NCBI GenBank assembly: GCA_964016885.1
Contig: OZ024743.1
Coordinates: 302,312,001 to 302,376,000 of the forward strand
DNA from: Eledone cirrhosa
Lineage: Eukaryota
Length of the DNA: 64,000 nucleotides
Direction of reading: 5' to 3'
Part shown: one piece after another, positions 1-13,364 of the stretch
Numbering within the stretch: the first letter of the stretch is position 1
Layout of the letters: every line of letters begins with the position of its first letter
Notes under the pieces: generated by a model
What the model saw: only the letters and a program-made list of their open reading frames with translations
The model's database searches: none
What the model was told of the DNA's origin: nothing
Made by a program: the position numbers and the translations under genes

Positions 1-210
1 GAGGGATTCAGTTAAATAGAATAATCTTTGAATATTCATGGTAACTGGGTTAATTCTAATACATACAACTGCAAGGAAATATACCGTATGTTACATAATA
101 TTGCCAAATATACTATACATACATTCATGTATACATCGCTATTTCAGAGCACCTAATATTTGCTGGAATGGCTCTGTATAATCATCTCCTCAGTATTACT
201 GGAATTCTAG

Positions 211-381
211 GGGTGGTGGATTGGCGGTATCAGTAGATGATCGGATGGCATGGTTTGACGCATAGAGTTACGGCCCTTGCCATCCTGAGTTCAAATCCCG
301 CCGAGGTTAACTTTGCTTTCATCCTTACAGGGTCGATGAACTAATGTACCAGTAATGCACTGGTGAAAAAGTAGAAACAAT
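211..381 (+). mobile_element. tRNA-derived SINE (octopus-type)
   Basis: A-box-like TGGCGGTATCAGTAG and B-box GTTCAAATCCC. Body CGAGGTTAACTTTGCTTTCATCC..GGGTCGAT is shared with copies at 20106 and 45110. 12-bp TSD TATTACTGGAAT at 194-205 and 382-393. Confidence 0.85.
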
Positions 382-707
382 TATTACTGGAATACTATAA
401 AAATCCAGCTTCTATAATTTTCGGCGAAAGCAGGGTAGTACGTGGTTCTCATAATCGCCAACCAGCGTGAAACAGGCAGATATCTTCTCTCCCTTCTTTC
501 ACCGAAAAGAAGTAAGTGACATAGTCACTACTTTAAAACAGACAGCGTATGGTGTTCTAAATGTTTTTAATTAAACATACGGTATATTGCCAAATATACT
601 ATACAAACATTCTTAAATGTATATATATATATATACACTCATTCACACGCACACATATGTATGTATATAGATATATATATATATATATATATATAAATAC
701 ATATATA

Positions 708-844
708 ACGAACGAAATGGGGTAAGGAACCAGGTGGACCATAACGCACCAAAGTACTCAATACTTAGGGTAGTAGAGTGGGTAATAGGAACGAGTAGTA
801 CCCCGACGGCTGAGCTCAGGCCAATGGGGTCCTACTCGTTCCTA
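708..844 (-). mobile_element. Family A fold-back PLE-derived mini-insertion (tail + arm + short inverted arm)
   Basis: TAGGAACGAGTAGTACCCC (~786-804) is inverted at 826-844. Same family at 943, ~23970, 24453, 52857 and 57829. Flanked by (TA)n. Confidence 0.75.
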
Positions 845-942
845 TATATATATATATATATATATATGTCATTACTTCTGGCAATAGTATTACAACAATA
901 TAACTCTCCCCAAGTACAACAATATATATATATATATATATA

Positions 943-1049
943 TAGGAACGAGTAGGACCCCTACTCGTTCCTATTAGCCACTCTACTACCCTAAGTATTG
1001 AGCAATTTGGTGCGTTTTGGTCCATCTGGTTCCTTACCACATTTCCTTT
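943..1049 (+). mobile_element. Family A fold-back mini-insertion
   Basis: TAGGAACGAGTAGG-acc-CCTACTCGTTCCTA hairpin followed by the family A tail. (TA)n on both sides. Confidence 0.75.
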
Positions 1050-1111
1050 ATTTTATATATATATAGATATATATATATATATAAATATATATATATAAAT
1101 ATATATATATA

Positions 1112-1563
1112 TACAATATACAAATGGAAACTATATTTATAAAACCATATTTATTTTATTATACATATTTCAAGGGCCACCAAGGCAAATTAAGGTGCGC
1201 TTTCATTAGATAAAATACAATACTGATTAGTTTTATGAACAAATATTGACATACCATGAAAAAAGACAACCTTAACGGTTGTATCCTCCGTTAAGTTTGT
1301 CTTATTTCAGGGTATGTCAATATTTGTTTATAAAACTAATCAGTATTGTATTTTATCTGATGAAAGCGCACCATAATTTGCATTGGTGGCCCTTGAAATA
1401 TATATAATAAAATAAATATGGTTTTATAAATATAGTTTCCATTTGTTAATATATTGTTTATTTACTCTAAACTGTTATTTACACTAAATTGTTGAGTGTT
1501 TTATATCAGTTATAAACATGTTTAAGCCTGTTGAATCCCAACAAATTAAATACACCCTCTGCA
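1112..1563 (+). mobile_element. Family B fold-back PLE 3'-end insertion (~165-bp arms + tail)
   Basis: ~1120-1278 is the reverse complement of 1288-1446 around a TTGTATCCT loop. Homologous to 4051-4510 and to the termini of the 34621-39540 PLE. Confidence 0.85.
1349..1414 (+). ncRNA. Minimal type-I hammerhead ribozyme
   Basis: TATTTTAT-CTGATGA-stem II-GAAA-TATATA-TA-ATAAAATA. Stem I pairs and loop 3 is palindromic. The opposite-arm copy has CTAATGA. Confidence 0.8.
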
Positions 1564-1565
1564 TA

Positions 1566-1638
<73 letters not shown>

Positions 1639-1765
1639 GGTAAAGTATTTCGGCTCTGTAATATAATTAACCTATCTTGAGCCATTCTCATATTTATAAT
1701 TGGATACTATTTAATATTACCCACATTATATATAAAAATATGTGTGTGTGTGTGTGTACATACCT

Positions 1766-1829
<64 letters not shown>

Positions 1830-3740
1830 ATGTGTGTGTGTCTGTGTGTGCGTGTGTGTGTGTATTCTATGTATGTATATATGTATGTATATATGTATAA
1901 TATGAGTGCATGTACCTTTGCAGGCGGGGCAAAGCACTCAATGCTGTTACATGTCTGAATACAAACATATAAATACACGTTAACAAACGCACACAGTATG
2001 CAAATGTACACAATTCATAGTCCATCGACACATTTATGTATTCGTATATGGTGAAATAAAATTATCGCTGAAGCAGCATGAGTGAATTTCTAACACCTTG
2101 CAAGTGATTTTTTCTTATGTGTTTGCAACTGGAAAACTTTACAAAGGGTTTGAATGAGAAGGAAATAATTTAATATTTTGAAGGTGGAAAATTGACTGAA
2201 ACAATGTTGTATAATACTTTTGCTGACATCGTCTATTGTACACAAGTGAATAATGGCAAACACTATTTATATATATAAAAATGTTAAAGAATATCAGCAG
2301 TGCCGAATTCTAAGAAAGTGTAAGGAAACCTATGAAAACATAATAGAGCATATTCATAATGTTTTTTGCGGATATATATATATACTGCGTTCTTGTGAGA
2401 TTTGGCTTCTCAGTTAAACATGTACATACATAGTAACATATCCGTAGATATATACTTCCATATATATGTGTATGTTTGTGTATATGTATGCGTTGTCTGT
2501 GTGAATCTGTGTAATAATATACATACACAAACACACACACACACTCACAATCATATATATATATACACAAACAATTATTACAGCCAGTTTCTACAACCGC
2601 TTCATACCAGGCATGTAAGTTTCGTTAGCCTTGAGTATCAACTTGTTCAACCTGTGCTGATGAGAATGAACTAGAAAAAAATCTATGTTGCGGAGGTCTA
2701 TTGGACATGATCACGGTTGAGTGGCCAAAAGCGTTGCCAATCTTCCACATGGTAAACGAATTTGCAGTATATATGTATATATCATGACTACATCATATAT
2801 GATCTTTGTCTCACATGTTTATGACAGGGACATGACATTTTACCGGGGCCAATACTTTACATCCATTCTGTTGGTAGCGCACTGGAATTTTCCCTAGGCA
2901 TGTGTTCAGATTAAGAGATATTTCACTATATTTCACCTCTTCAGTGTTTGTTTGGTAATATGAAGAGGGAAGTGTGGTGCAGGGTTACCGTCAAATCTTG
3001 TATTTAATTACTATAATCTATTTATTTTTCATTTTCGCGTCATACTTAATTGTTTCTTCAGTTGAGGCTTAACTTACAGTCGTATTTTGATTTAATAGAT
3101 AATATGCTTTATTCTGTAAAAGTTTACTGTTTGGTGCCAAGTTTAATTATATCAACATGTAAGTAATCGTTTAAGTCAAGCTTTCATGTGTATGTACTCG
3201 ACTCTTTATGGGCTGGCCATATATCTTCTCTACATTCGTCTTAAATTTTCTTGTTTTGATATGTCTGAAACTATTTGGATTATATTCTTAATTTATGGCA
3301 GGTTCTCATTTGTGTTCGTTCAGTTTCTTTCCTTGGAGCGTAAGGTTAGCATCTGTCTGCATTAAAAAGTACTGTCGGTGGTATTTTCTAATGGTTTTTA
3401 ATGTTTATGAGCGAGTCCTTTGCCAATTACATATTGGGGTTATGTTCTTGATAAAATATGCAACTTAATAAAATATGTTACACCTGTCTTAATAATTGAT
3501 GCGGGACAAATATTGTTTAGAACGGTGTTCAATGTGGCGTATGTTATTTTCTTTTTCTTTGAGCGTTATGAGACTGATGAGTAAGGTGGAATGTAAATTG
3601 TATTTTACTCCTGTTTGAGTTAATGAATAATTTGTATCTTTTCTAGATGTTCCTAGATATTTATACGTTCAGGTTAACGTAATTGGTCGTCCTTTTTACA
3701 CAAAAACGCGCCCATACGCACACACGTGCAGACATGTAAA

Positions 3741-3799
<59 letters not shown>

Positions 3800-3943
3800 A
3801 TATGTATGTGTGTATATATATACATATACATATATATATATATATGAATATATATATATATATTTATGTATATATATGTGTGTATATATATACATATACA
3901 TATATATATATATGAATATAGATACATATATATATATATTTAA

Positions 3944-4048
<105 letters not shown>

Positions 4049-4091
4049 TACGATATTAAACAAATGGAAACTATATTTATAAAACCATATT

Positions 4092-4157
4092 TATTTCATT
4101 ATACATATTTCAGGGATACCATATTAAAAATATGGCATGCCTTCGTCAGATAAAATA
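4092..4157 (-). ncRNA. Type-I hammerhead ribozyme (inverted-arm copy)
   Basis: TCGTCAG at 4143-4149 reads CTGACGA on minus. Mirror of 4312-4377. Confidence 0.8.
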
Positions 4158-4311
4158 CAATATATAACCAGTTTTATAAATAATTTTGACGTACCATAAA
4201 TATAGCGACCATTAAGGTAGGAGGCTGGCTTGGTACCAATCCAGCCTCCTACCTTAATGGTCGCTAAATTTTTTGTACGTCAAAATTATTGATAAAACTG
4301 GTTATATATTG

Positions 4312-4377
4312 TATTTTATCTGACGAAGGCATGCCATATTTTTAATATGGTATCCCTGAAATATGTATAATGAAATA
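4312..4377 (+). ncRNA. Type-I hammerhead ribozyme
   Basis: TATTTTAT-CTGACGA-AGG C ATGCCATATT ttt AATATGGTAT C CCT-GAAA-TATGTA-TA-ATGAAATA. Confidence 0.85.
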
Positions 4378-4509
4378 AATATGGTTTTATAAATATAGAT
4401 ACCATTTGTTTAATATCGCATATCTACTCCAAAAACTTGTCGAGTGCTTTATATCAGTTATAAAATATTTACTTGTTGTAACCCAACAATTTTTAAATAA
4501 AACTTTTGC

Positions 4510-4667
<158 letters not shown>

Positions 4668-4809
4668 GTGTGTGTGTGTGTAGGAGGTGAGTTTTATTGT
4701 AGTACAACAAAGCAATGCAGATATCGGATAAGTAGCACTCTACAGTTTGTAGGACTGGAGTGAGTATAAATAATATATAAGATCAAAAGATGTTTAAAAG
4801 AGTTCCATG

Positions 4810-4880
4810 TATTTTATTATGCGCATTTCAAAAACAAATATCATCATGCGATGACATTTGCGTTTTCATCAGATACAATA
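4810..4880 (-). ncRNA. Type-I hammerhead ribozyme
   Basis: Minus strand: TATTGTAT-CTGATGA-AAAC GCAAAT GTCATC gcat GATGAT ATTTG TTTTT-GAAA-TGCGCA-TA-ATAAAATA. Loop 3 is palindromic. Confidence 0.85.
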
Positions 4881-5565
4881 GGGAGACATGATATGAAGAT
4901 TAAAAAACATTTGTGAATAGTGCAGTTTTAAATCTACATATTAAAATTAGTTTTAGATTGATGTGTTTTATTGGGAAAAAAATAAGGGTGAGGGGATCAA
5001 AAAGCGGATGAGATGAGAGTAAATAATGGAGGGGGAGGAGTATAATAAGGAAGGATGAGATAGGAGGAGAGAGGGTGATAGAGAGAGATATAGCTTTTAT
5101 AACTGAGAAAAATATATTGTTTTACAGAGAGAGGTTAAAAAACCGTTCGAAGATAATATATACATTAAAAGAATTTGAAAATTAACGAAGAGAAAAATTT
5201 AAGAATAATGTTAAATTAAGGTTTGTATATTGAAGGGTTTAATAATATGTGCGATGGAAAGAAATTGTTGATATGTATTATTAAAAAATAAAAATAGTAA
5301 TGTAATTAAGGAAATATTGTGAAAAGCAGTAGAAGAGTGGATGAATTATGAATTTAGAGGAATTAGTTAGTGTTTAAGTATGTTTTTATGTAAAGTAATA
5401 TGTATGTGTAATATATAAATTGTTTGTTTACAAATGAGCGCAGAAAGCAAAGAAGCAGATAGTGTTTAAGGAGAAGACTTTAACATCAAAATATGTATGT
5501 TTATGAAGTATATTCTAATGATAATAATATAATGTAATAAAGGAGATTAGTTAGGATTTAAGTTT

Positions 5566-5875
5566 GTTTTTATGTGTTGTGATGTGTAAGTTAGACGAGC
5601 ATGAAAGGGAGAAAAAATAATGAATTGAGGATGAATAATCTAACGTCAAAAAAAATGTTTATGTTTGCGAAGGATTTTTCAAGGTGATACTATAAAGTAT
5701 TTAAAAGGGTAATAGTAAGTTTTATGTGTTGTGATGTGTAAGTTAGACGAGCATGAAAGGAAGAAAACAATAATGAATTGAGGATGAATAATCTAACGTA
5801 AAAAAAAAATGTTTATGTTTGCGAAGGATTTTTCAAGGTGATACTATGAAGTATTTAAAAGGGTAATAGTAAGTC
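5566..5875. repeat. Tandem duplication of ~155 bp
   Basis: TTTTATGTGTTGTGATGTGTAAGTTAGACGAGCATGAAAGG...GGGTAATAGTAAGT occurs twice head-to-tail. Confidence 0.9.
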
Positions 5876-6271
5876 TTATGGCCAGTGATAGGATGGAAGA
5901 AGGAAGAGTAGATATATTGTGGTGAGTAATAATGAGAATTGAGAAGTATCTAGGAAGAAAAGGTACAGATTAGAGGTTAAAAATTAAAAGAAAAAAGGTA
6001 AAGGGAAGAAAGGGAAGTGATAAATAGGAATGATATAGAATGGGTAACTATTATTATATAATGTATAATAAATAACATTGAAATAAGGTAGAAAGATGGG
6101 TATATTTTTAAAGAAATATATATATAGATATATATGTGCCTTTGAGAAAAATGATTTTTAATTGTTAAAGTATTAGATATTAGCTGTTTATATTAATTGG
6201 CTCCTTAACGGTTGAGCGCTAACTCTCATATTGGATACATTTTGATGGTCCTTCACTTTTTCTTCTACAAC

Positions 6272-8439
6272 ATGGATTATTACAACATAACCACTTCAAC
6301 TAAAGACATTCCTATTGTCCTCTGTAACCCTTACAGAGGACAAGAGCACCTTGTAAATCTCAAGAACACGATTTTAAACCTAAATTCCTAAAAAATTGTT
6401 TTAGTCCACTCCGACAAAACAAATAATGTATACGGTATATCTAAGGATAACTATAACAACCTTATCCTTAAAGAACTTAGGAAAAACATCGCAAAACCAA
6501 CCATGATAATTTAGAACCCATAAACTTTGAAGCTTCTGAGATTATGTCAAAACTTGGCATAGAAAAAAAGACTGAACCATTCCTCATAAGAACTCCGAGG
6601 ATAAATCTCAAGGATCACAAGAACAACTTTCGTACTGAACTACCTGTTAGACTAATCGCCCCCTCTAAATCAGATCTGGGGGTTGTTAGCAAAGTCATCT
6701 TGGATAGAATTATCCCATAGGTTCGTTCTAATTGCTCTACTTCGAACTTAAATTTATGGTTTGGTACTTCTGGAGTTATTGGCTGGTTCAACAAATTGAA
6801 TAAGAAAAACAAACAAAAATGTATTCAACTTGATATTGCCAGCTACTATTCTTCTATTTCGCCCTCACTTCTCAACAATGCTCTATCTTTCGCTTACAAA
6901 TATTCAGACATCATCACAGATGAAATTCACATCATTCTCACCGAACGTAAAACCATCCTAGAGTTTAACAATGAATATTGGACAAGAGCTGATACCTCTA
7001 GCAGCTTTGACATCACAATAGGTGCATCCGATTCATCCCAATTGACAGATTTAATTGGTATCTTTATTTTGAACTGTTTGAATCGGAAAATTCCTCAACT
7101 TCGCGGTGGAATTTATTGTGACGATGGACTCTTTACTATCTTAAATTGCAATATAGTTAACCTTAATATTATTAAGAACAATATACGTAATCTCTTTAGC
7201 CAACATAACTTAAAAATTGAACTTGATAACAACATCAAACTAGCTAACTTCTTGGATGTATCCCTTAATCTTGACACTGGACTATATTACCCTTACCATA
7301 AAAACAATGAGAATCTAAATTATGTTAATTTTAAATCTAACCACCCCACTAATATTAAGAATGCTATAGTTAGTAATATTGTAAAAAGAATATCCAACCT
7401 ATCATCTAATAAAAACATATTTGACGCTAACGCCAATTACTATAATAACGCGCTTTCTAAAGCCGGCTATCCTGATCAAATCAAAAACAGTAAAGAAACA
7501 AATCCTAGCAACTCTTATAGTAAAATACTTAATCATGATCATTCTAATAACTTTAATAAAAGACCTAGATACAAAAACATAATCTCGTATAATACTCTTT
7601 TCTCCATCTCTATTAATAATAATATTCCTAAATTATTCTTTAGTGCCTTAAATAAATGCTTCCCTCCCTCACATATCTATACTAAAATTTAACAAACACA
7701 CTATAACATTTTCCTATTTGACCTCCTCCAACGTCTCCAACATTATCTCTAAACACAACAATAAAATACTAAATATCTTCCTTCCCACACTGAATATCAT
7801 AATAATAGTAATAGTACTCCCGACGTCATTGTTAAGTCTAGGCTAATTTCTGCAAATACATCGTCAAGCGCAAGTTCGTTAAGTATTCATAATCACAATC
7901 TAAATCAAGAAACTATTATTCCTATCGTAAATAACTTCTCCAATCCAATTCCTGCTATAGATAACACTAGGTCACTTGTTAATAACTCTGTTAATTTCTC
8001 TAATCGCAATTGTAATTGCCCTGTTAAAAATAAATGTCCTCTCAACAACCATTGTCTTGAAAAAAACTTAATCTATGAATGTAAAGTTATAACTGACACC
8101 AATTCTTTTACCTATTTTGGCTCCACTTCCACCTCCTTTAAAGCTCGTGTTTATACTCATCATTCGTCTTTTAAATACCAACTTAAAAGAACCAACACGG
8201 CACTCCCAGAACTCATATGGTCCTTGAAAGACAAACATATTAACTATAACATCTCTTGGAGGAAGGTTTGTTCTGCCTCTCCATACTTGAATGCCTCTGT
8301 ATCCAAGATGTGTAATCTCTGTTTATGTGAGAAATTTACCATTATATCTAATTTAGATTCTATAATAAATAGACGCACTGACTTGTTTTCTCTCTGCTTG
8401 CATAAATTCCACAGAACATTCCAAAAATTATACAGCTAA
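6272..8439 (+). pseudogene. PLE RT-GIY-YIG ORF, frameshifted and partly deleted
   Basis: N-terminus MDYYNITTSTKDIP, then KDHKNNF..LPVRLIAPSKSDLG, QLDIASYYSSI, IYCDDGL, NFLDVSL, SNHP, linker CNCP..KCPLNNHC, GIY-YIG (LIY..YFGST) and terminal CNLCLCEK..CLH. Confidence 0.9.
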
Positions 8440-9975
8440 TATCTAATACTTTACCAAATTGAAATCCTTTTTCTCAAAGGGACATATATATATATACTTC
8501 TTTAAAAATATACCCATCTTTCTACCTTATTTCAATGTTATTTATTATTGTTGAGCCATTCTTTTAAGCAGATTATGGGTGTTTGTTGTGGCCTATGTAG
8601 CCCAACTAATGTCAGGTCATTGGCATTGTTGTGCACAGTGACTGATTAAGACCGATTAAGAGTAGCCATTGGTGATTGTTGTGTTACCATCTGCTGTAAA
8701 AGAAACATGCAGGAAAATGGCAGTTCCACCCTTTCTTCTGCCAACACGCTTCACGCCTTTAACATATAGCTGACTGCTAGCAACTCCGCCAGTGGCAGTC
8801 TGCCGAAAGCTAGTGGAGTTGGGAGAGTATGAGTATCAATAGGTCTCAACGCTACCCTAAATTAAGCATGGACAGTAAAATTGACCATCAATTTCTAAAA
8901 GAACATATACTTAATTCTAGGTATTACGGTTTCACAGTGGAAATTATGAATGAGAGCTGGAAATTAATGCTAAAAATTAAAAATCAAAAATCAATAATCA
9001 AAAATAAAAAAAATACAAGTGAGAATCCAGATTGAAGTGAGTGAAATATATACACATATACTAACTAATAGTTAGGGAGATCTTTAAGTAATAAGTTTTT
9101 AAAGGGGTATCTATGTTACAGATATATTATCTACATACTGAACGATAGTAATGTACAGTAGACCGGAGAGTAAATTACAGTATGAAAGGTAGTAGTTTGG
9201 CGGATACTTAGTAGTTCTAGCACATGGAAAAAACCCCCCAAAAATACAGATATAAAATACACAAAACAACACAAAACATACCCCCCCAAAAAAATACAAC
9301 AAATACATACAGTACGTATATGTAAAATGAGATAGGAGATACATGATTAATATGATTGTCAATTTGTCCATATATAGATTTATTATCAGGTGAATTGAGG
9401 GGGCTTCTGTTCAAATGCAATTTGCAGCAGGAAAATAGGTGTTTATCGTTGTTTTTGTTTCCGCGTATTTATCCTACTGAAAGTTAGTTTATAATTTTAT
9501 GTCCGTTCAGTATCAGAGATGACCGTCCCCATGGTAGAGGGGATTTCTGGGTGTATATACTCCGTCACTCCTATGTGGAATAAGTACGTTGAGTACTTGA
9601 ATTGAATTGCATCCATGTTTTCCTTAAGCATATATTTATATATATATATATATACACAGACACATATGTATATATATACACACACATATGTATATATAAA
9701 CACATACACACACAAACACACACATATATGTATTGAGTCAGTGTGAAAGTCCAAAGGTCATTATTGAAAGTTTCTGGATTTCGCCAAATACATAATATTT
9801 TTTATTGGAGAAGTTAAGATATTTCCACGCAAAAATGTGATTGCACTGTTTTGTTTCTAATTATGTATTTTTTGAAAATGTTATTTATTCATTATAAAAA
9901 TTAAATGATAGCATTCTATATGTAGTTGGGCCCACTTCATCTGGCAACGGATATTTTAGACCTAGTGAGCCACTG

Positions 9976-10063
<88 letters not shown>

Positions 10064-10277
10064 GCCATTCATTGTAAGTTTGAATCTAACTGACATCCAA
10101 ACATATATATATATATAGGAATAAGGTGAGCCCAAATCATAGTAGATTCAAATATATCAGAGAGAAATAGAGAGGGGGAGATATGAGGTGTAACAGAAAT
10201 GAAACAGGTTAAAATGTAGCCTAGATAGATGAGAATCAGAAGGAGGATGTAGTTTATGGAACACCCAAGTGATTTAG

Positions 10278-10708
10278 GAGTCGCCCTTAAGTAGGATCAA
10301 TATCATTGAGAATGACATGAACGACATCTGAACACTCTGTTTTGAAAATGTATAAAGTAGGTTTATAAGTATGAATTTTCATGAGATTTTCGTAGTTGTC
10401 TCTGTGGTCTAGTGGTAGGTGCTAGAGACGGAGGAGATCCTGGCCTTGGGTTTAATCCTTTTTCAGTTTTTATTTTACAAGCAATAGAATAAAACTGAAA
10501 ATATTTACTGGGAACCCTACCCCCGACCAGGATCGAACTTCAGGCTTGGATGACCGCCATCTATGTTTCCTCCAGCTAGCCCACCGAGACAGCTACAAAA
10601 GTATAATGAACATTGAAAATGATAAACCTACATTCAAAATCAAAGTTAAAAAGATATGGTGTCGTTCATAGATTTCCTAGAGCTATTAGTAATATTTAGG
10701 GTCGACTT
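10278..10708. repeat. Degenerate palindrome with a tRNA-like head in each arm
   Basis: GTAGTTGTCTCTGTGGTCTAGTGG..GGTTTAATCC on + mirrors GTAGCTGTCTCGGTGGGCTAG..GTTCGATCC on -. Shared ATGAACGACA and GTAGGTTTAT blocks. Central TTTCAGTTTT/AAAACTGAAA hairpin. Confidence 0.55.
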
Positions 10709-12193
10709 CTGGTCATTATTGAAAGTATCCGGGTTTTGCGAAATACATATTTTTTATTGGAGAAAGTAAGACAATTTTCGGAAAAAAAATATATTGCATT
10801 CTACGTGAGCCCCCTTCATTTCATGGCAACCAATGTTTTAGACTGAGTCATCTCTCTATTGTTATCCTCTGATTCGCAAAATTGGGAACAACAGCTGAAC
10901 GAATTCTTAGTAATATGCTAAATTCCGATGCTCCTCTTTGTTAATGAACTATCTTTTCATCTTTTCTGTAAACCCATATGCACGGTTATAAATATAAATA
11001 AATCGCTGAGATTGTATTCATCCTAGTATATTTAACAAAGACAATAACATATCGAGTGCAGTATCCCAACTAGGAAATGTTCCATCTTTCTTGAAGAGAG
11101 GAGGAAATAGAAACCTCAATATTAACTTCCACATAATTGCATTTTCATTTTCTTCTTTTCTACTTTTCAGATTATAATGACATATACGTACACATTTCTC
11201 TCTGTAAATAATATATACTGAATATCGCCTTAGCAATCATTTCTGAGAGACAACATTATATGTGTATACCTTCCGACAATTATTATTAAATGTGTTTTCG
11301 GCGGAATATTATGGAATATTAATGGAAAATAAAGTGAGGACAAATTAACTATATGGAATGGAATTATGGCAAACCAGAGTGTTATTTATTTAAAATTAGC
11401 TATCAAATTGTATTAAATGACGCCTAGATAAGAGATACAAATAAAAGAAACAAAATGAATAACATTAAGTAAATTAAAATTCTAACTTTAAAATTCTAAC
11501 ACTAGAAACGATGCTACGGATGTATTACAATACATTGTAATGTTAATCAAATCCTTGGAGATTGCGAGATTAATTCTGAGAGCTAGCAGACGTATCGTGA
11601 CAATCTAATGATGAGATCTAAATATATGTGTCGTATGTTTTACAGTAAGAAATCAAGTAGAAGGAAACACACATAGGCACAAATACGCACATACATATAA
11701 CTATATATATGTATGTGTGTATTGGGTGGGAGGGGGGGGGGGGGGGCGTTATGTGTGTGTGTTACGTGTGCAACAACAGTTCGAGGCGGCGCGCCGTTCG
11801 TACCACTCAATGCTGTTAAGAAATCCGATTCATATGGTTTGTATTCTAGTGTTACGGCTATAGTGGGCAGAGTGGAAATAGATTTAAGAGTCGGAGTCAG
11901 TGTTGCAGCGCATATCAAAACTTTATTTGCATATTACAATTGTTTTGATATCGATCAGCTCCGAGTACAATGAAGGTGACGGGGATCAATTCTTTTTCGA
12001 CATTTCGACAAATGTGCGAGTTCTGTTTATATACATTTGTGGGTGCAAAAAGTTGATGTGTAGGTTTATGTGTCAGGTGTGGAGTATAAGTATGAACGGT
12101 AAAGGGTAAAATTATGAACGTCAAAGGAAGTAAAAGGGAAAAGAAAACAATAACATTCTATATGAAAATGCTGAACTAAAATGGTAAGAAATG

Positions 12194-12337
<144 letters not shown>

Positions 12338-13020
12338 CTTTCACATACATTATAATATTTATATATAAATATAGACTCAGACATCGTATTTTAATATTCA
12401 TATTTAACGGGATAAATTAAAATAACGTTGAAATGTACAATCATATAAACAATAAATACAACATTTTTCCAACAATAGTCAAACACTTAGATTTATCCAA
12501 ACTCATGAACGCGTAAAATGTAACATAAATAAATAAATAAAATGCCAAAATTAGATACAATGGATATCTATAGTAAATGTTAAAGATTCGTTTAATGCAT
12601 ATTCTATATATATATTTCACGATATATTAAGCGTCAATTCAGCCTATAAAACACTGATCAATTGTTTCAAGCCCACAGCCATACATACGCGTCCATTATT
12701 AATTTTGTAGTATCACGGTTTATAGACATTTGAGTATATCGTTATTACATACACATTCGTATTTACACTGAAAAACGTACAAACATCTTTAGCCTATATC
12801 AATTATATTTAAATGAAATACATTACATACGGTATTAAATCAGTTATCCACACAGGCACGCACATATATATATATATATATCTATTAATATATTTATCTA
12901 TCTATGTATCTATCTTTTTATCTATCTAACTATCTATCTATCTATATATATGTATATACATATACGTGGGAAAGTAAAAAATCGGAGAATAGACCGTTAA
13001 AACATGTTTATTTAAAACAG

Positions 13021-13060
13021 TACCTACGTACGTTTCGCCCAGTTGTGCTTCTCAAGGGCA
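13021..13060 (-). ncRNA. Hammerhead-like motif with variant core (CUUGAGA), 3' pLTR
   Basis: Minus strand: TGCC-CTTGAGA-AGCACAACTGGGC-GAAA-CGTACG-TA-GGTA. Confidence 0.5.
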
Positions 13061-13364
13061 TAAATAATGAAAAGTATTCCTTATATTGCTCGGAAAGAGT
13101 TTTTGGGGTTAAATCCACACCAAGATTCATTGCTCGCAAAAATAGCTTGTGTTGATTTTGCAACAGGTCAAGGGAGGTAACTCCGGTCGGTGTTAGGGCA
13201 GTCTTTCCCGGACAATTTTTTTTGTTTTGCCGCATCTGTTTGTCTGAGGCTGGGTCTGGTATGAAGGATTGTTTCCAGGGTGTTATTTTGCAGCGCCTGC
13301 TCGCCTGGGTGTTAAGACTTGTTGCAGGGAGATCCGGTGTACGGTTTCACTCCTCATCCTTAAC

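Larger units (their letters stand above)
4682..8548 (+). mobile_element. Decayed Penelope-like element with an inverted copy of its 3' UTR at the 5' end
   Basis: ~6065-6187 is the reverse complement of ~8431-8548 (just after the ORF stop). HHR near the outer end of the inverted part. PLE ORF remnants at 6272-8439. Confidence 0.8.

Noticed and set aside
2900-3720. Possible very old PLE ORF on the minus strand; CTGATGA at ~3574
   Set aside because: Only vague motif echoes, no continuous frame and no GAAA or stems.
8549-8851. Possible solo LTR (TGTTGAG...CTCAACG) truncating the PLE UTR
   Set aside because: No TSD, PBS or PPT, no second copy, and the end is not CA.
10390-10600. Functional tRNA genes (also the SINE heads at 211, 17192 and 45110)
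   Set aside because: A/B boxes are present but there is no convincing cloverleaf. Context indicates SINE derivation.
11018-11236. Possible host exon or short ORF (also 11713-11973, 19340-19639 and ~44040-44145)
   Set aside because: No recognisable domain and no consistent splice-site chain. RNA-seq or homology search would be needed.
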